Both the position numbers and the translations under genes were made by a program. Positions 1 to 9,368 of a stretch of 64,000 nt of DNA are shown one piece after another. The DNA is from Myxococcota bacterium. GTDB lineage: Bacteria; Myxococcota_A; UBA796; CAJQPC01. The stretch's first letter is position 1. Each line of letters starts with the position of its first letter. The stretch lies in the NCBI GenBank assembly GCA_036012755.1, contig DASCPX010000071.1, positions 1 to 64,000 on the forward strand, read 5' to 3'. The notes beneath the pieces were generated by a model, which was not told the origin of the DNA, did no database searches, and saw only the letters and a list, made by a program, of their open reading frames with translations.

Positions 1-357
1 CGCGGCGTCTCGTACCGAAGGCTCCCGTCCGGTTGCAGCGGGTTCCCCAACTCCTTCCACGTCCTCGGCCGCTCGTCGCGGTCGGAACTCGATTTCGGCG
101 TCGAACCAGTCTCGGTAGGTGGCTTGCGTGGCTTGCTCACACTCTTCCTTTAACAGGCGCCCCTGTGTCGTCGCAATCCACTCGTCCGGCAACTCGTACG
201 GATCGGTCACGCCCGTGCGCTCCAACTCCGCACCGAAGGCCGCCTGAAGCCGTTCCTCCGCATTCATTCGCGCCCTGTCGAAGCGCTCGAGCAGCGTCGT
301 CCGGTTCCACCCCTTCGCCGGGGCTGGCAGGATCCAGTCGCCTTCGGGGGTGGCCAC
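1..357 (-). CDS. Hypothetical protein, partial (runs off the left edge); start uncertain (GTG 357 or ATG 267)
   Basis: Manual translation of the minus frame, open from 399 to the window edge: ...WPEIGIRVATPEGDWILPAPAKGWNRTTLLERFDRARMNAEERLQAAFGAELERTGVTDPYELPDEWIATT... The composition is protein-like. It is not in the ORF track because it has no stop in the window. Confidence 0.4.
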   Translation of the reverse strand, partial: MATPEGDWILPAPAKGWNRTTLLERFDRARMNAEERLQAAFGAELERTGVTDPYELPDEWIATTQGRLLKEECEQATQATYRDWFDAEIEFRPRRAAEDVEGVGEPAATGREPSVRDAA

Positions 358-910
358 CCGGATGCCGATCTCGGGCCACGCCGCCGAAGAGGACGCCCTC
401 TACCGCGTGAAGGTGCGCCAGTACCTCTACGACAGCTCCGTGAGCCAGATCTGGGTGGACCTGGATCGCGACTGGCTCTGGGACATCAAGGGCCACTTCC
501 GCAACGGCAAGCTCTACATTCGCTTCGACGCCATGGACGCCGAGCGCTACGGCCCACAGCTCGAGTGGACCGGGGCCGGCTGGGTCCTCGACCCCGACTG
601 GGAGGCGCCGAGCGCTGGCGCCAGCTCGCAGGTCCTGTCTCCAGGGATCTACGCCGCCCTGGACTGGAACGGACGCCCGGTCGAGGCGGCGATCGTGGAT
701 CTCAGCCCGGAGGAGACGTGGAGGCTCGACGTCTACCCCAACGGCAAGGGGCGCGCCGAACGCGCCGAGCTGGACATGCAACGCGACGGACACATCGACC
801 AGATCTGGCGCTTCGGTGGCGAGGACATCCTCGTCGACATGCACCCGGACAAGGACACGACGATGCACTACCGCTGGAACGGTGAGCGCCTCGTCTTCCG
901 CCAGGACTGA
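350..910 (+). CDS. Hypothetical protein with repeated D-x-D-x-D-G-like loops (DLDRDW, DMQRDGHID); possibly 5'-truncated
   Basis: 186-aa ORF with strong GC3 codon bias from about 380 onward. The start codon is weak. Confidence 0.55.
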   Translation: MATRMPISGHAAEEDALYRVKVRQYLYDSSVSQIWVDLDRDWLWDIKGHFRNGKLYIRFDAMDAERYGPQLEWTGAGWVLDPDWEAPSAGASSQVLSPGIYAALDWNGRPVEAAIVDLSPEETWRLDVYPNGKGRAERAELDMQRDGHIDQIWRFGGEDILVDMHPDKDTTMHYRWNGERLVFRQD

Positions 911-1663
911 TCAGAAAGCTCGACCGGCCGAGACCACCATCACAACCGTCCCGTCCGGGGGGCTCTGTGTGACCGCCCGGTTCTTCGCAGAGGGCATCGT
1001 GAGCCGCCAGGTGGCCTCGACCTGTCCGTACCAGACCCCGCGATGCGCCATGGCGGCCAGGCCAGCCTCCAGGATCGGGTTGACGACCTCGACGGGCTCG
1101 AAGGTCTGGTCACCGATGACGTAGCGACCGCCCTCGCCGTCGAGGCGCGCATGGATGGGCAGGTAGGCGCGATGCATGTAGACGATCCAGAAGTCGTCGG
1201 CAGGAGAGAACAGCCCGACGAGGATCTCCGGCCCCAGCCGAGCCTCCTCCAGCGGCCACTTCACAGCCCCGAGGTCGGCGTAGGCCCCCTGGACGTCCAT
1301 CGTCGCGTAGTGCCAGTAGCCAGCGACGAGTCCGAGCTCGACTCCAGGCTGGCCGCGCCAGTCCTTCGCCCGATCGGGTCGGGCCAGGTAGCGCACCCCC
1401 ATCGCCCCCGTGAGCTCCCACTCGACGTGATCGGGCAGCCCGCTCACCCCCTGTCCCGCCCAGAAGTCGATCTCCTCTCGGGTGGGGTAGCGCCAACCTC
1501 GTCCGTCGACCCGGAAGCCCGTGCGAAGGGGCCCTGCACGGTTGCTCGCAGCGAGGTGAATGCCCACCAGCGGGGAGTGTTTGTCCACCGAAGCGGCGAG
1601 CCCGACCCGTGCAACGATCGGTTCTTCTTCCGCCAGAACCAGTGCGCAGGCCAACAACCACAT
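911..1663 (-). CDS. Secreted or outer-membrane hypothetical protein
   Basis: Short signal peptide MWLLACALVLA (an alternative ATG lies at 1669), amphipathic beta-strand-like segments, and a C-terminal Phe (..SAGRAF). Confidence 0.6.
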   Translation of the reverse strand: MWLLACALVLAEEEPIVARVGLAASVDKHSPLVGIHLAASNRAGPLRTGFRVDGRGWRYPTREEIDFWAGQGVSGLPDHVEWELTGAMGVRYLARPDRAKDWRGQPGVELGLVAGYWHYATMDVQGAYADLGAVKWPLEEARLGPEILVGLFSPADDFWIVYMHRAYLPIHARLDGEGGRYVIGDQTFEPVEVVNPILEAGLAAMAHRGVWYGQVEATWRLTMPSAKNRAVTQSPPDGTVVMVVSAGRAF

Positions 1664-1732
1664 GGTCATCGTCTATCACGGCTGCTACACGCAATAGGCC
1701 ACGGTGCCATGGCGTAGCGCCCACTCCTCACG

Positions 1733-2962
1733 ATGCTTCTCTTCCTGCTCATGCTGGCCTGCGGTGGCCCCTCCGAGGGTGAGGGCTCCGATGGGAACGA
1801 GGAAGAGGAAGAAGAGCCCAAGGATCCCAGGGCGTTGGTCGAGGTCCGCGCTGCCGAGACCGGCTCCGTTGGCAGCTTCCTCGTGAGCAACGGCGTCGTC
1901 GAGTCAGAGGCCCAGGCCACCCTGGTCCCGGAAGCCACGGGCACGGTGACAGCGATCTACGTCGAGGAAGGCGACCGTGTGCGCAAGGGCCAGGTGCTCG
2001 CGCTGATCGAGAACGCCTCGCTGGACGCTGGCCTGGCCCGGGCGGAGGCAGAGGCGGCCAAGGCGGAGGCGGAGCTCACGAGAGTCCAGGCCCTGCACGA
2101 CAAGGGTGTGCTCAGCAACCGCGACCTCGAAGAGTCCCGTCACCTCTACGAGGCAGCACACACCAGCCTCGTCGAGGCCCGCGGCACCCAGTCCCACACC
2201 CGAGTCGTCTCGCCGATCGCCGGCACGGTCGCGACCCGGGAGCTCCGCTATGGCGAGGTCGCCGGCGGCCAGCCCGCCTTCACGATCGTCGACCTGGAGC
2301 GCCTCCGAGTTGTCGTGAAGCTGCCCGAGCGAGACCTCGCCAGCCTCCACGCGGGCCAGGAGGCCACCCTCACCAGCGTCTACGACACCGACAACACCGT
2401 GCCTGGCTCCGTCGAGCGCATCTCTCCGACCGTCGACCCGATGAGCGGCACCGTCCGCGCCACCGTGGCCCTCGACGATCCGGAGCTGCTGCTGCGTCCG
2501 GGCCAGTTCGTGAGCGTGCGCATCGAGGTCGGCCGCCACGACGAGGTGCTCGTGGTGCCTCGCGCCAGCATCGTCTACGAAGAGGGAGAGCCCCTCGTCT
2601 ACCGGGTGCGCGTCGAGGACCCACCGGAAGAGGAAGAGGACGCCGAAGAAGAGGACGAGCCTGGCTTCTTCGCAGAGCTCTTCGCAGCGGACGAAGAGGA
2701 GGAGGAAGAGGAGGAGATCCCCGGTCCGTACCGGGTGGCGCGCAAGGTCCCGGTCGAGCTCGGCTACGTGGACGACGACCTCGCCGAGCTGATCACGGGG
2801 ATCGAGCCAGCGGACGACATCATCGCCGTCGGCCACGTGAACCTCCGTGACGAGGCGCGCGTGCGCTACCCGGAGGATCCGGTGCTCGAGCTGAAGGACG
2901 ACGAGGACGACGATCCGGAGGACGAAGACGACGACAACGGCTCCGCAGACGCAGAGGACTGA
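1733..2962 (+). CDS. RND efflux periplasmic adaptor (membrane fusion protein), lipoprotein
   Basis: Lipobox LMLAC; motifs VEEGDRVRKGQVL, SPIAGTV, LRPGQFV and VPRASI; acidic insertions and tail. Confidence 0.93.
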   Translation: MLLFLLMLACGGPSEGEGSDGNEEEEEEPKDPRALVEVRAAETGSVGSFLVSNGVVESEAQATLVPEATGTVTAIYVEEGDRVRKGQVLALIENASLDAGLARAEAEAAKAEAELTRVQALHDKGVLSNRDLEESRHLYEAAHTSLVEARGTQSHTRVVSPIAGTVATRELRYGEVAGGQPAFTIVDLERLRVVVKLPERDLASLHAGQEATLTSVYDTDNTVPGSVERISPTVDPMSGTVRATVALDDPELLLRPGQFVSVRIEVGRHDEVLVVPRASIVYEEGEPLVYRVRVEDPPEEEEDAEEEDEPGFFAELFAADEEEEEEEEIPGPYRVARKVPVELGYVDDDLAELITGIEPADDIIAVGHVNLRDEARVRYPEDPVLELKDDEDDDPEDEDDDNGSADAED

Positions 2963-2964
2963 GC

Positions 2965-5900
2965 TTGGGTTTCTTCCGCCTGGTCGTCTCGCGGCCCGTC
3001 GCCGTGCTGATGATCTTCCTGGCCGCGGCGGTCTTCGGGCTCGTCAGCTACGCCCAGCTGCCGATGAACCTGATGCCGGATCTCTCCTATCCGACCCTCA
3101 CGGTTCGCACGGAGTACCCGGGCGCCGCCCCCGAAGAGGTCGAGGCCCAGGTCTCGCGCCTGATCGAGGAGTCGCTTTCGACCAGCGACGGCCTCGTCGG
3201 AATCCAGAGCCGCAGCCGGGCGGAGCTCTCGGACGTCGTGCTCGAGTTCGACTGGGGCACGGACATGTCGGCGGCATCTCAAGGGGTGCGCGAGCGCCTG
3301 CAGACGACCTGGTTCGGCGACGGCATCGGGCGCCCGCTGATCCTCCACTACGACCCCTCGCTGGACCCCATCCTCCGCATCGCCCTGTCCACCGATGCCA
3401 GCGTGGAGGGAGCCCCCGAAGGCGAGGCGGCGCTGTTCCTGTTGCGGGAGCTGGCAGAGGAGGAGATCAAGCGCGAGCTCGAGGGCCTGGACGGCCTGGC
3501 GGCGGTCAGCGTGCGCGGCGGTCTCGAGCGCCAGGTGCTCGTAGAGGTCCGAGAAGACTGGCTGGCCGCCCGAGGCGTGACCCTGGAGGCGGTCACCAAC
3601 ACACTGCTCGCGGAGAACGTGAACATCGCCGGCGGGAGCATCCGGGAAGGGGACACGGAGTTCCTGATCCGAACCCTCAACCAGTTCTCCACCATCGAGG
3701 AGATCCGGACCCTCGAGATCATCCGCTCGGACGGCACGAGGGTGCCGATCAAGGACCTCGCGACCATCCGGGAGACCTACAAGGAGCGGCAGGTCGTCTC
3801 CCACCTCGATGGGCGAGAGGCCGTCGAGCTCGAGGTCTTCAAGGAAGCCGACGCCAACATCGTGGACATCGCCAGGTCGGTGAAGGCCCACCTCGGCCAG
3901 GACCCCGAGGTGATGGGAGAGTCCCTGTCGGATCGCCTGCCCGAGGGGATCGTGCTGTCGGTCCTGGACGACCAGGCGAGCTTCATCGAAGACGCCATCG
4001 ACAACCTGTTCCAGACAGCGCTCGTCGGCGGTTTCCTGGCCATCGGCATCCTCTTCCTGTTCCTCCGGGACGTGCGCAGCACGGCGATCATCGCCGTGGC
4101 CATCCCGGAGAGCGTGATCTGCAGCTTCGCGGCCCTGCACCTCGGCGGCGTCTCGCTGAACCTCATGTCGCTGGGCGGTCTCGCGCTCGGAATCGGCATG
4201 CTCGTGGACAACTCCGTGGTCGTGCTGGAGGCAATCGCGGTCCACCGGGATCGTGGCCTGTCCCGACCCGACGCTGCGATCGCCGGAGCCAGGGAGGTCG
4301 CGGCCGCCGTCACCGCCTCGACGCTCACCACCGTCGCGGTCTTCCTGCCCATAGTCTTCGTCCGCGGCGTGGCGGGGCAGATCTTCGGCGACCTGGCCCT
4401 GGCCGTCGTCTTCTCGCTGCTCGCCTCGCTGGCGGTGGCGCTCGTGCTGGTGCCGATGGCCGCGGCCAGAGACATCGTGATGCCCGTCGGCGTCACCAGG
4501 GTGCGGGGGATCTGGCTCGACGAACGCTTCGGCTCGATCACACAGATCCGCGAGTCCTGGCGCGGCAACTCCGGCCTGGGCTGGCTGGCCCTGCCATACC
4601 AGCTCTTGCGGTTTTTCGTCCGCCTGGCGCTGGAGCTCGTGGCCTTCCTCTTCGTCGGGGGCGCCGCGCTGGTCGGCCGCGTCGCCAGTCACCTGGGACG
4701 CCTCCTGCTCCCCCTGCTCCGGCGGCTCATGCAGGGGGGCGCCTCCCTCTTCCATGGCGTCTACGGACGGCTCGCCCACCACTACCCGGCGCTGTTGCGC
4801 CGGGCTCTGGACCGCCCGGGCACGGTGCTCGGCGCGTCTGGGCTCGCGCTGGTCGCCGCCCTCGGGCTGTTCTCGGTGGTGGGCCAGGAGCTGATCCCGG
4901 AGGTTCACCAGGGCCGCTTCACCCTCTCGACCGCCCTGTCGGTCGGCACGCCCCTCGATCGCACCGTCGCGGTCAACAGCTACGCCGAGGAGCTCATCCT
5001 CGCCGAGAGCGAAGTGGCCCAGGTGCACGCGACCATCGGCTCCGAGGGACGGGCCGACGCCCGGCCTGACGAGGGAGAGCACAGCGCCAGGATCCTGGTC
5101 CAGCTGCAGCCGGGAGGTGACCTGGAGCGCCGCCAGGCAGAGGTCGCAGAGCGCCTCCGCGGCCAGCTCGCCCAGCTGAAGGGGCTGTCGGTCCAGGTCG
5201 AGCCCATCTCCCTGTTCACCGTGCGCACACCGGTCGAGGTCGTCGTGACGGGCAACGACCTCGTCGAGCTTCGCGCCGCCGCCGACGAGGTCGTCTCCCG
5301 GCTCTCCAGGGTCGAGGGCCTTCGAGACGTCCACAGCTCCCTGGTCCCGGGCTTCCCAGAGGTCCGGGTTCGCTACCAGCGCGACCTGCTCGAGCGCTTC
5401 GGCCTGACGACCCGCGGCGTCGCCACCGCCGTCCGTGACAAGGTCCAGGGCGCACAGGCCTCGAGGCTCAGTCGCGGCGAGCGTCGCATCGACATGGTGG
5501 TCCAGCTCGTCGAGGCCGACCGGGGCAGCGTCGAGGACCTTGGCCGCATCAACGTGAACCCGCGGCTGGACCCACCGATCCCGCTCTCGGCGGTGGCGAA
5601 GCTGGAGGAGGCGGAGGGACCGAGCGAGATCCGCCGGGTCGATCAGCGCCGAGCCGCCGTGGTCAGCGCGAACCTCGAGGGCATGGACCTCGCCTCGACG
5701 ACGGAGCTCATCGACCTCGCCCTGGCCGGGCTGGAGCTACCCGAGGGCTACGACTGGGAGCTCGCCGGCCAGACCCTGGAGATGCAGCGCTCCCTGCGCT
5801 CCCTGGCCTTTGCGCTGTTGCTCGCGGTCTTCCTGGTCTACGTGATCATGGCGAGCACCTTCGAGAGCCTGGTCCACCCCTTCGTGATCCTCTTCTCCGT

Positions 5901-6291
5901 GCCCCTGGCCGCCGTCGGCGTGCTCCCGGCCCTGGCGCTGACTGGCTCGGCGCTGTCCGTGGTCGTCTTCATCGGCCTCATCGTGCTCGCTGGCATGGTC
6001 GTGAACAACGCCATCGTGCTCGTCGATCGCGTCAACCAGAACCGAGCAGAGGGCCTCGAGCGTAAAGAGGCCGTGATCGCCGCCGGGGTGAGCCGCCTGC
6101 GCCCGATCCTGATCACGACCTTCACGACCGCCCTGGGGCTCCTGCCCCTGGCAGTGGGCCTCGGCGCCGGAGCGGAGATCCAGCAGCCCCTGGCCCTGAC
6201 CGTGATCGCCGGGCTGGTCTCTTCGACCCTGCTCACGCTGGTGGTCATCCCGGTCGTCTACCTCGGCGTGACCGGAGCCCTCGAGAAATGA
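2965..6291 (+). CDS. RND efflux permease subunit 1 (AcrB/MdtB-like)
   Basis: Motifs YPGAAPEEVE, GMLVDNSVVVLE, NNAIVLVD and RLRPILITT; 1108 aa; TTG start. Confidence 0.95.
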   Translation: MGFFRLVVSRPVAVLMIFLAAAVFGLVSYAQLPMNLMPDLSYPTLTVRTEYPGAAPEEVEAQVSRLIEESLSTSDGLVGIQSRSRAELSDVVLEFDWGTDMSAASQGVRERLQTTWFGDGIGRPLILHYDPSLDPILRIALSTDASVEGAPEGEAALFLLRELAEEEIKRELEGLDGLAAVSVRGGLERQVLVEVREDWLAARGVTLEAVTNTLLAENVNIAGGSIREGDTEFLIRTLNQFSTIEEIRTLEIIRSDGTRVPIKDLATIRETYKERQVVSHLDGREAVELEVFKEADANIVDIARSVKAHLGQDPEVMGESLSDRLPEGIVLSVLDDQASFIEDAIDNLFQTALVGGFLAIGILFLFLRDVRSTAIIAVAIPESVICSFAALHLGGVSLNLMSLGGLALGIGMLVDNSVVVLEAIAVHRDRGLSRPDAAIAGAREVAAAVTASTLTTVAVFLPIVFVRGVAGQIFGDLALAVVFSLLASLAVALVLVPMAAARDIVMPVGVTRVRGIWLDERFGSITQIRESWRGNSGLGWLALPYQLLRFFVRLALELVAFLFVGGAALVGRVASHLGRLLLPLLRRLMQGGASLFHGVYGRLAHHYPALLRRALDRPGTVLGASGLALVAALGLFSVVGQELIPEVHQGRFTLSTALSVGTPLDRTVAVNSYAEELILAESEVAQVHATIGSEGRADARPDEGEHSARILVQLQPGGDLERRQAEVAERLRGQLAQLKGLSVQVEPISLFTVRTPVEVVVTGNDLVELRAAADEVVSRLSRVEGLRDVHSSLVPGFPEVRVRYQRDLLERFGLTTRGVATAVRDKVQGAQASRLSRGERRIDMVVQLVEADRGSVEDLGRINVNPRLDPPIPLSAVAKLEEAEGPSEIRRVDQRRAAVVSANLEGMDLASTTELIDLALAGLELPEGYDWELAGQTLEMQRSLRSLAFALLLAVFLVYVIMASTFESLVHPFVILFSVPLAAVGVLPALALTGSALSVVVFIGLIVLAGMVVNNAIVLVDRVNQNRAEGLERKEAVIAAGVSRLRPILITTFTTALGLLPLAVGLGAGAEIQQPLALTVIAGLVSSTLLTLVVIPVVYLGVTGALEK

Positions 6292-9200
6292 GGCGCTGGC
6301 TGCCTGCTCTGGCCGTGCGACGTCCGGTCACGGTGTTGATGGGCTTCCTCGCGCTGCTGGTCACCGGCGTCATCGCGCTGGTCGACATCCCGCTGCAGAT
6401 GATGCCCTCTGGCTTCAACCCCCCCTTCATGTGGGTGTGGGTGCCCTACGTCGACGCGACCCCTGCGGACACCGACGCCAAGGTCGTCGGCCCGCTGCAG
6501 GAGCACCTCTCCACCGTGCCGGGGCTCAAGGAGATCGAGTCCCGGGCCTCTGCAGGCAGCGCGGGCTTCGGGCTGGAGTTCCACCAGAGCGTGGACCTGG
6601 ACACCGCCTACAACTCGGTCGTCGATCGCATGGAGCGGGCGATGCCGGATCTGCCCGAGGCGGTCGACCGCTACGGCATCTGGCGCTTCGACCCCGACGA
6701 CGAGCCCGTCGTGTGGGCCGGCGCCGGCATCCCCGAGACCGTCGAGGACCCCCACCACATCATGGCGAACATCGTCGCGCCACGGCTGGAGCGTGTCCCC
6801 GGGATCGCCAAGGTCGAGGTGTGGGGAGTGGACGAAAAAGTCGTCTGGATCGACTTCGACCGAGACGCCCTGTTCGCCCACGGGGTGAACCTCTACGAGC
6901 TGATGGGGACCCTCGGCGGCGACAACTTCCAGCTCGCCAGCGGGAGGCTGAACGACCGAGGTCAAGTGCGCTACGTGCGCAGCCTCGCTCGCTACGAGGA
7001 CCTCACCGATCTCGCTCGCACTCCGGTGGGGCCCGGGGTCGTGCTCGAGGACGTCGCCACCATCCACTACCGCATCGAGCCGAGCGCCTCGATCTGGCAC
7101 CTCGACGGCCAGGACGCCGCCGGCCTGGGGGTGTCGAAGGAGTCCTCCGCCAACACGGTCGCGACGGCCAAGGCGGTCCAGGAGGCCTTCGACGAGCTGG
7201 AGCAGGACCCGAGACTCGAGGGCATCCACTTCAAGACCTTCTTCGACCAGGGCGCGCTGATCGAGGACAGCATCGTCGACCTCTCGCGGACCGCCATCCA
7301 GGGCGGCTTCTTCGCGGTGATCATCCTGTTCTTGTTCCTCCGGGAGATCCGGATGACGCTGCTCATCGCCGCGTCCATCCCGATGTCGCTGGTGATCACG
7401 GTGACGGTGCTCTACTTCACCGGAGGCAGCCTCAACCTGCTGTCCCTGATGGGCTTGATGATCGCGGTCGGCATGGTGGTCGACAACGCCATCGTCGTGG
7501 TCGAGACGATCTACCGAAGACGCCAGGCCGCTGCGGACCCGCGAGAGGCAGCGATCGCAGGGACCGCAGAGGTCAACCTGGCCATCACCTTGTCGACGCT
7601 GACGACCATGGTGGTCTTCCTGCCGCTCATCCTCATGAGCGACGACGCGATGTTCAGCTTCTTCATGGGCTCCCTGGGCTTCCCGGTCGTCTTCGCCCTG
7701 GCCGCCTCGCTGCTGGTCGCGCTGGTCTTCACGCCGCTGTCGACGGTCTACCTCAAGGACACGGCGGTGAAGGCGGACCCGGCCTGGATCACCTGGCTCT
7801 CGAAGCGCTACACCCGCTGGCTGGCGTGGGTCCTGAACAACCGCTTCGACGCCTTCCTCGTGGTCCTCGGCATCACCATCCTGACGGTGGTCCTGCCCTT
7901 CGACGCGGTCGGCTGCACCGACCAGGACAGCGGCGGCCTCGATGACTTCCAGCTCCGCGTCGAGGTCAGCCCGACCTTCGGCTACTACGAGCGCCTAGAG
8001 GCCATCCAGACCATCGAACAGACCATCGCCGACCAGCAGGAGGAGTGGGACATCCGGGTCTACCGGACCTGGATGCGCAGCACGACCAACCGGGGGTTCA
8101 TCTGGATCTACCTGGAGAAGGGGGTCGACGCCGAGCGCAAGGAGGAGATCCGGGACCTCGTCCTCGAGGCCATCCCGGAGCAACCCGGCGTCGAAGTGTG
8201 GAGCGGCCGTGGTGGGGGCTCCGGGCACGGCGCCAACACCTTCGAGCTCTACATCCAGGGAGAGGACCCGCAGGTGCTCCTGGCGCTGTCCGACGAGGTC
8301 GTCCGGCGGGCCCGGGGAGCTCCGGGGGTGCTCAACGCCGAGCTGGGGCTCGAAGAGGACGGCAGCGACGAGATCCGCCTGCAGATCGACCGGGACGGGG
8401 TGGCAAGGCACGGCCTGTCGGCCTCGACAGTGGGCCAGACCCTGGCCTTCGCGATGCAGGGGACCCAGCTCCCGGACTTCAGGGAGCGGGAGCGAGAGGT
8501 CACCGTCTACGCCCGCTTCCAGCTCGAGGACCGAGAGGACCTCGAGACCCTGCTGGACTTCCCGGTCTGGTCGCCGACCAGCCAGGCGGCCATCCCGCTG
8601 CGCTCGCTGACCGACGCAGAGGTCGGCAAGGGCTTCGGCACGATCTACCGGAGCGAGCGCAGGACGCGCCTGCCCATCTCCGTGGAGTTCGACAAGGACG
8701 TCGAGATGATGCAGGCCCACGGTCGGCTCGCGGTGGCCATGGAGGGCCTGGAGCTCCCTCGCGGCTACGACTGGACCACCGGCGGCCGCTGGAAAGACCA
8801 GGAGGAGAACGACCAGGCGCGCAACCTGGCCCTGCTGCTGTCCGTGACCTTCGTCTTCATCATCATGGGGGTGCTCTTCGAGAGCACCCTGTTGCCCCTG
8901 GCCATCATCACGACCATCCCGATGGCGCTGGTGGGGGTCTACTGGACCCTGTACCTGACGGGTACGCCGCTCGACGTGATGGGAGGCGTGGGACTCGTGA
9001 TCCTGGTAGGCGTCGTGGTCAACAACGGCATCGTGCTCATCGATCTCGTCACCCAGCTCCGGCGGGCCGGTATGAGCAGGACCGAGGCGCTATTGAGCTC
9101 CGGTGAACGCCGCCTCCGCCCCATCCTGATGACCGCGATGACCACCATCTTCGGGCTCCTGCCGATGGCGGTCGGATCCTCGACCTTCATCGGGATCCCC

Positions 9201-9368
9201 TACGCTCCCCTGGGACGAGTCGTGACTGCCGGCATCGCAGCCGCGACGATCCTCACCCTCTTCTTCGTGCCCTTCCTCTATGCGACCCTGGACGATCTCA
9301 AGGCCTTCGCGGCCCGCGCGGTCGGCTATGCCGTACACCGAGGCGAACAGGAGGTCAGCGCCAAGTGA
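6288..9368 (+). CDS. RND efflux permease subunit 2 (AcrB/MdtC-like)
   Basis: Motifs GMVVDNAIVVVE, NNGIVLID and RLRPILMT; ATGA overlap with the upstream permease. Confidence 0.95.
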   Translation: MRRWLPALAVRRPVTVLMGFLALLVTGVIALVDIPLQMMPSGFNPPFMWVWVPYVDATPADTDAKVVGPLQEHLSTVPGLKEIESRASAGSAGFGLEFHQSVDLDTAYNSVVDRMERAMPDLPEAVDRYGIWRFDPDDEPVVWAGAGIPETVEDPHHIMANIVAPRLERVPGIAKVEVWGVDEKVVWIDFDRDALFAHGVNLYELMGTLGGDNFQLASGRLNDRGQVRYVRSLARYEDLTDLARTPVGPGVVLEDVATIHYRIEPSASIWHLDGQDAAGLGVSKESSANTVATAKAVQEAFDELEQDPRLEGIHFKTFFDQGALIEDSIVDLSRTAIQGGFFAVIILFLFLREIRMTLLIAASIPMSLVITVTVLYFTGGSLNLLSLMGLMIAVGMVVDNAIVVVETIYRRRQAAADPREAAIAGTAEVNLAITLSTLTTMVVFLPLILMSDDAMFSFFMGSLGFPVVFALAASLLVALVFTPLSTVYLKDTAVKADPAWITWLSKRYTRWLAWVLNNRFDAFLVVLGITILTVVLPFDAVGCTDQDSGGLDDFQLRVEVSPTFGYYERLEAIQTIEQTIADQQEEWDIRVYRTWMRSTTNRGFIWIYLEKGVDAERKEEIRDLVLEAIPEQPGVEVWSGRGGGSGHGANTFELYIQGEDPQVLLALSDEVVRRARGAPGVLNAELGLEEDGSDEIRLQIDRDGVARHGLSASTVGQTLAFAMQGTQLPDFREREREVTVYARFQLEDREDLETLLDFPVWSPTSQAAIPLRSLTDAEVGKGFGTIYRSERRTRLPISVEFDKDVEMMQAHGRLAVAMEGLELPRGYDWTTGGRWKDQEENDQARNLALLLSVTFVFIIMGVLFESTLLPLAIITTIPMALVGVYWTLYLTGTPLDVMGGVGLVILVGVVVNNGIVLIDLVTQLRRAGMSRTEALLSSGERRLRPILMTAMTTIFGLLPMAVGSSTFIGIPYAPLGRVVTAGIAAATILTLFFVPFLYATLDDLKAFAARAVGYAVHRGEQEVSAK

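Noticed and set aside
2866..5334. 822-aa minus ORF opposite the RND permease
   Set aside because: Shadow ORF with no independent coding signal.
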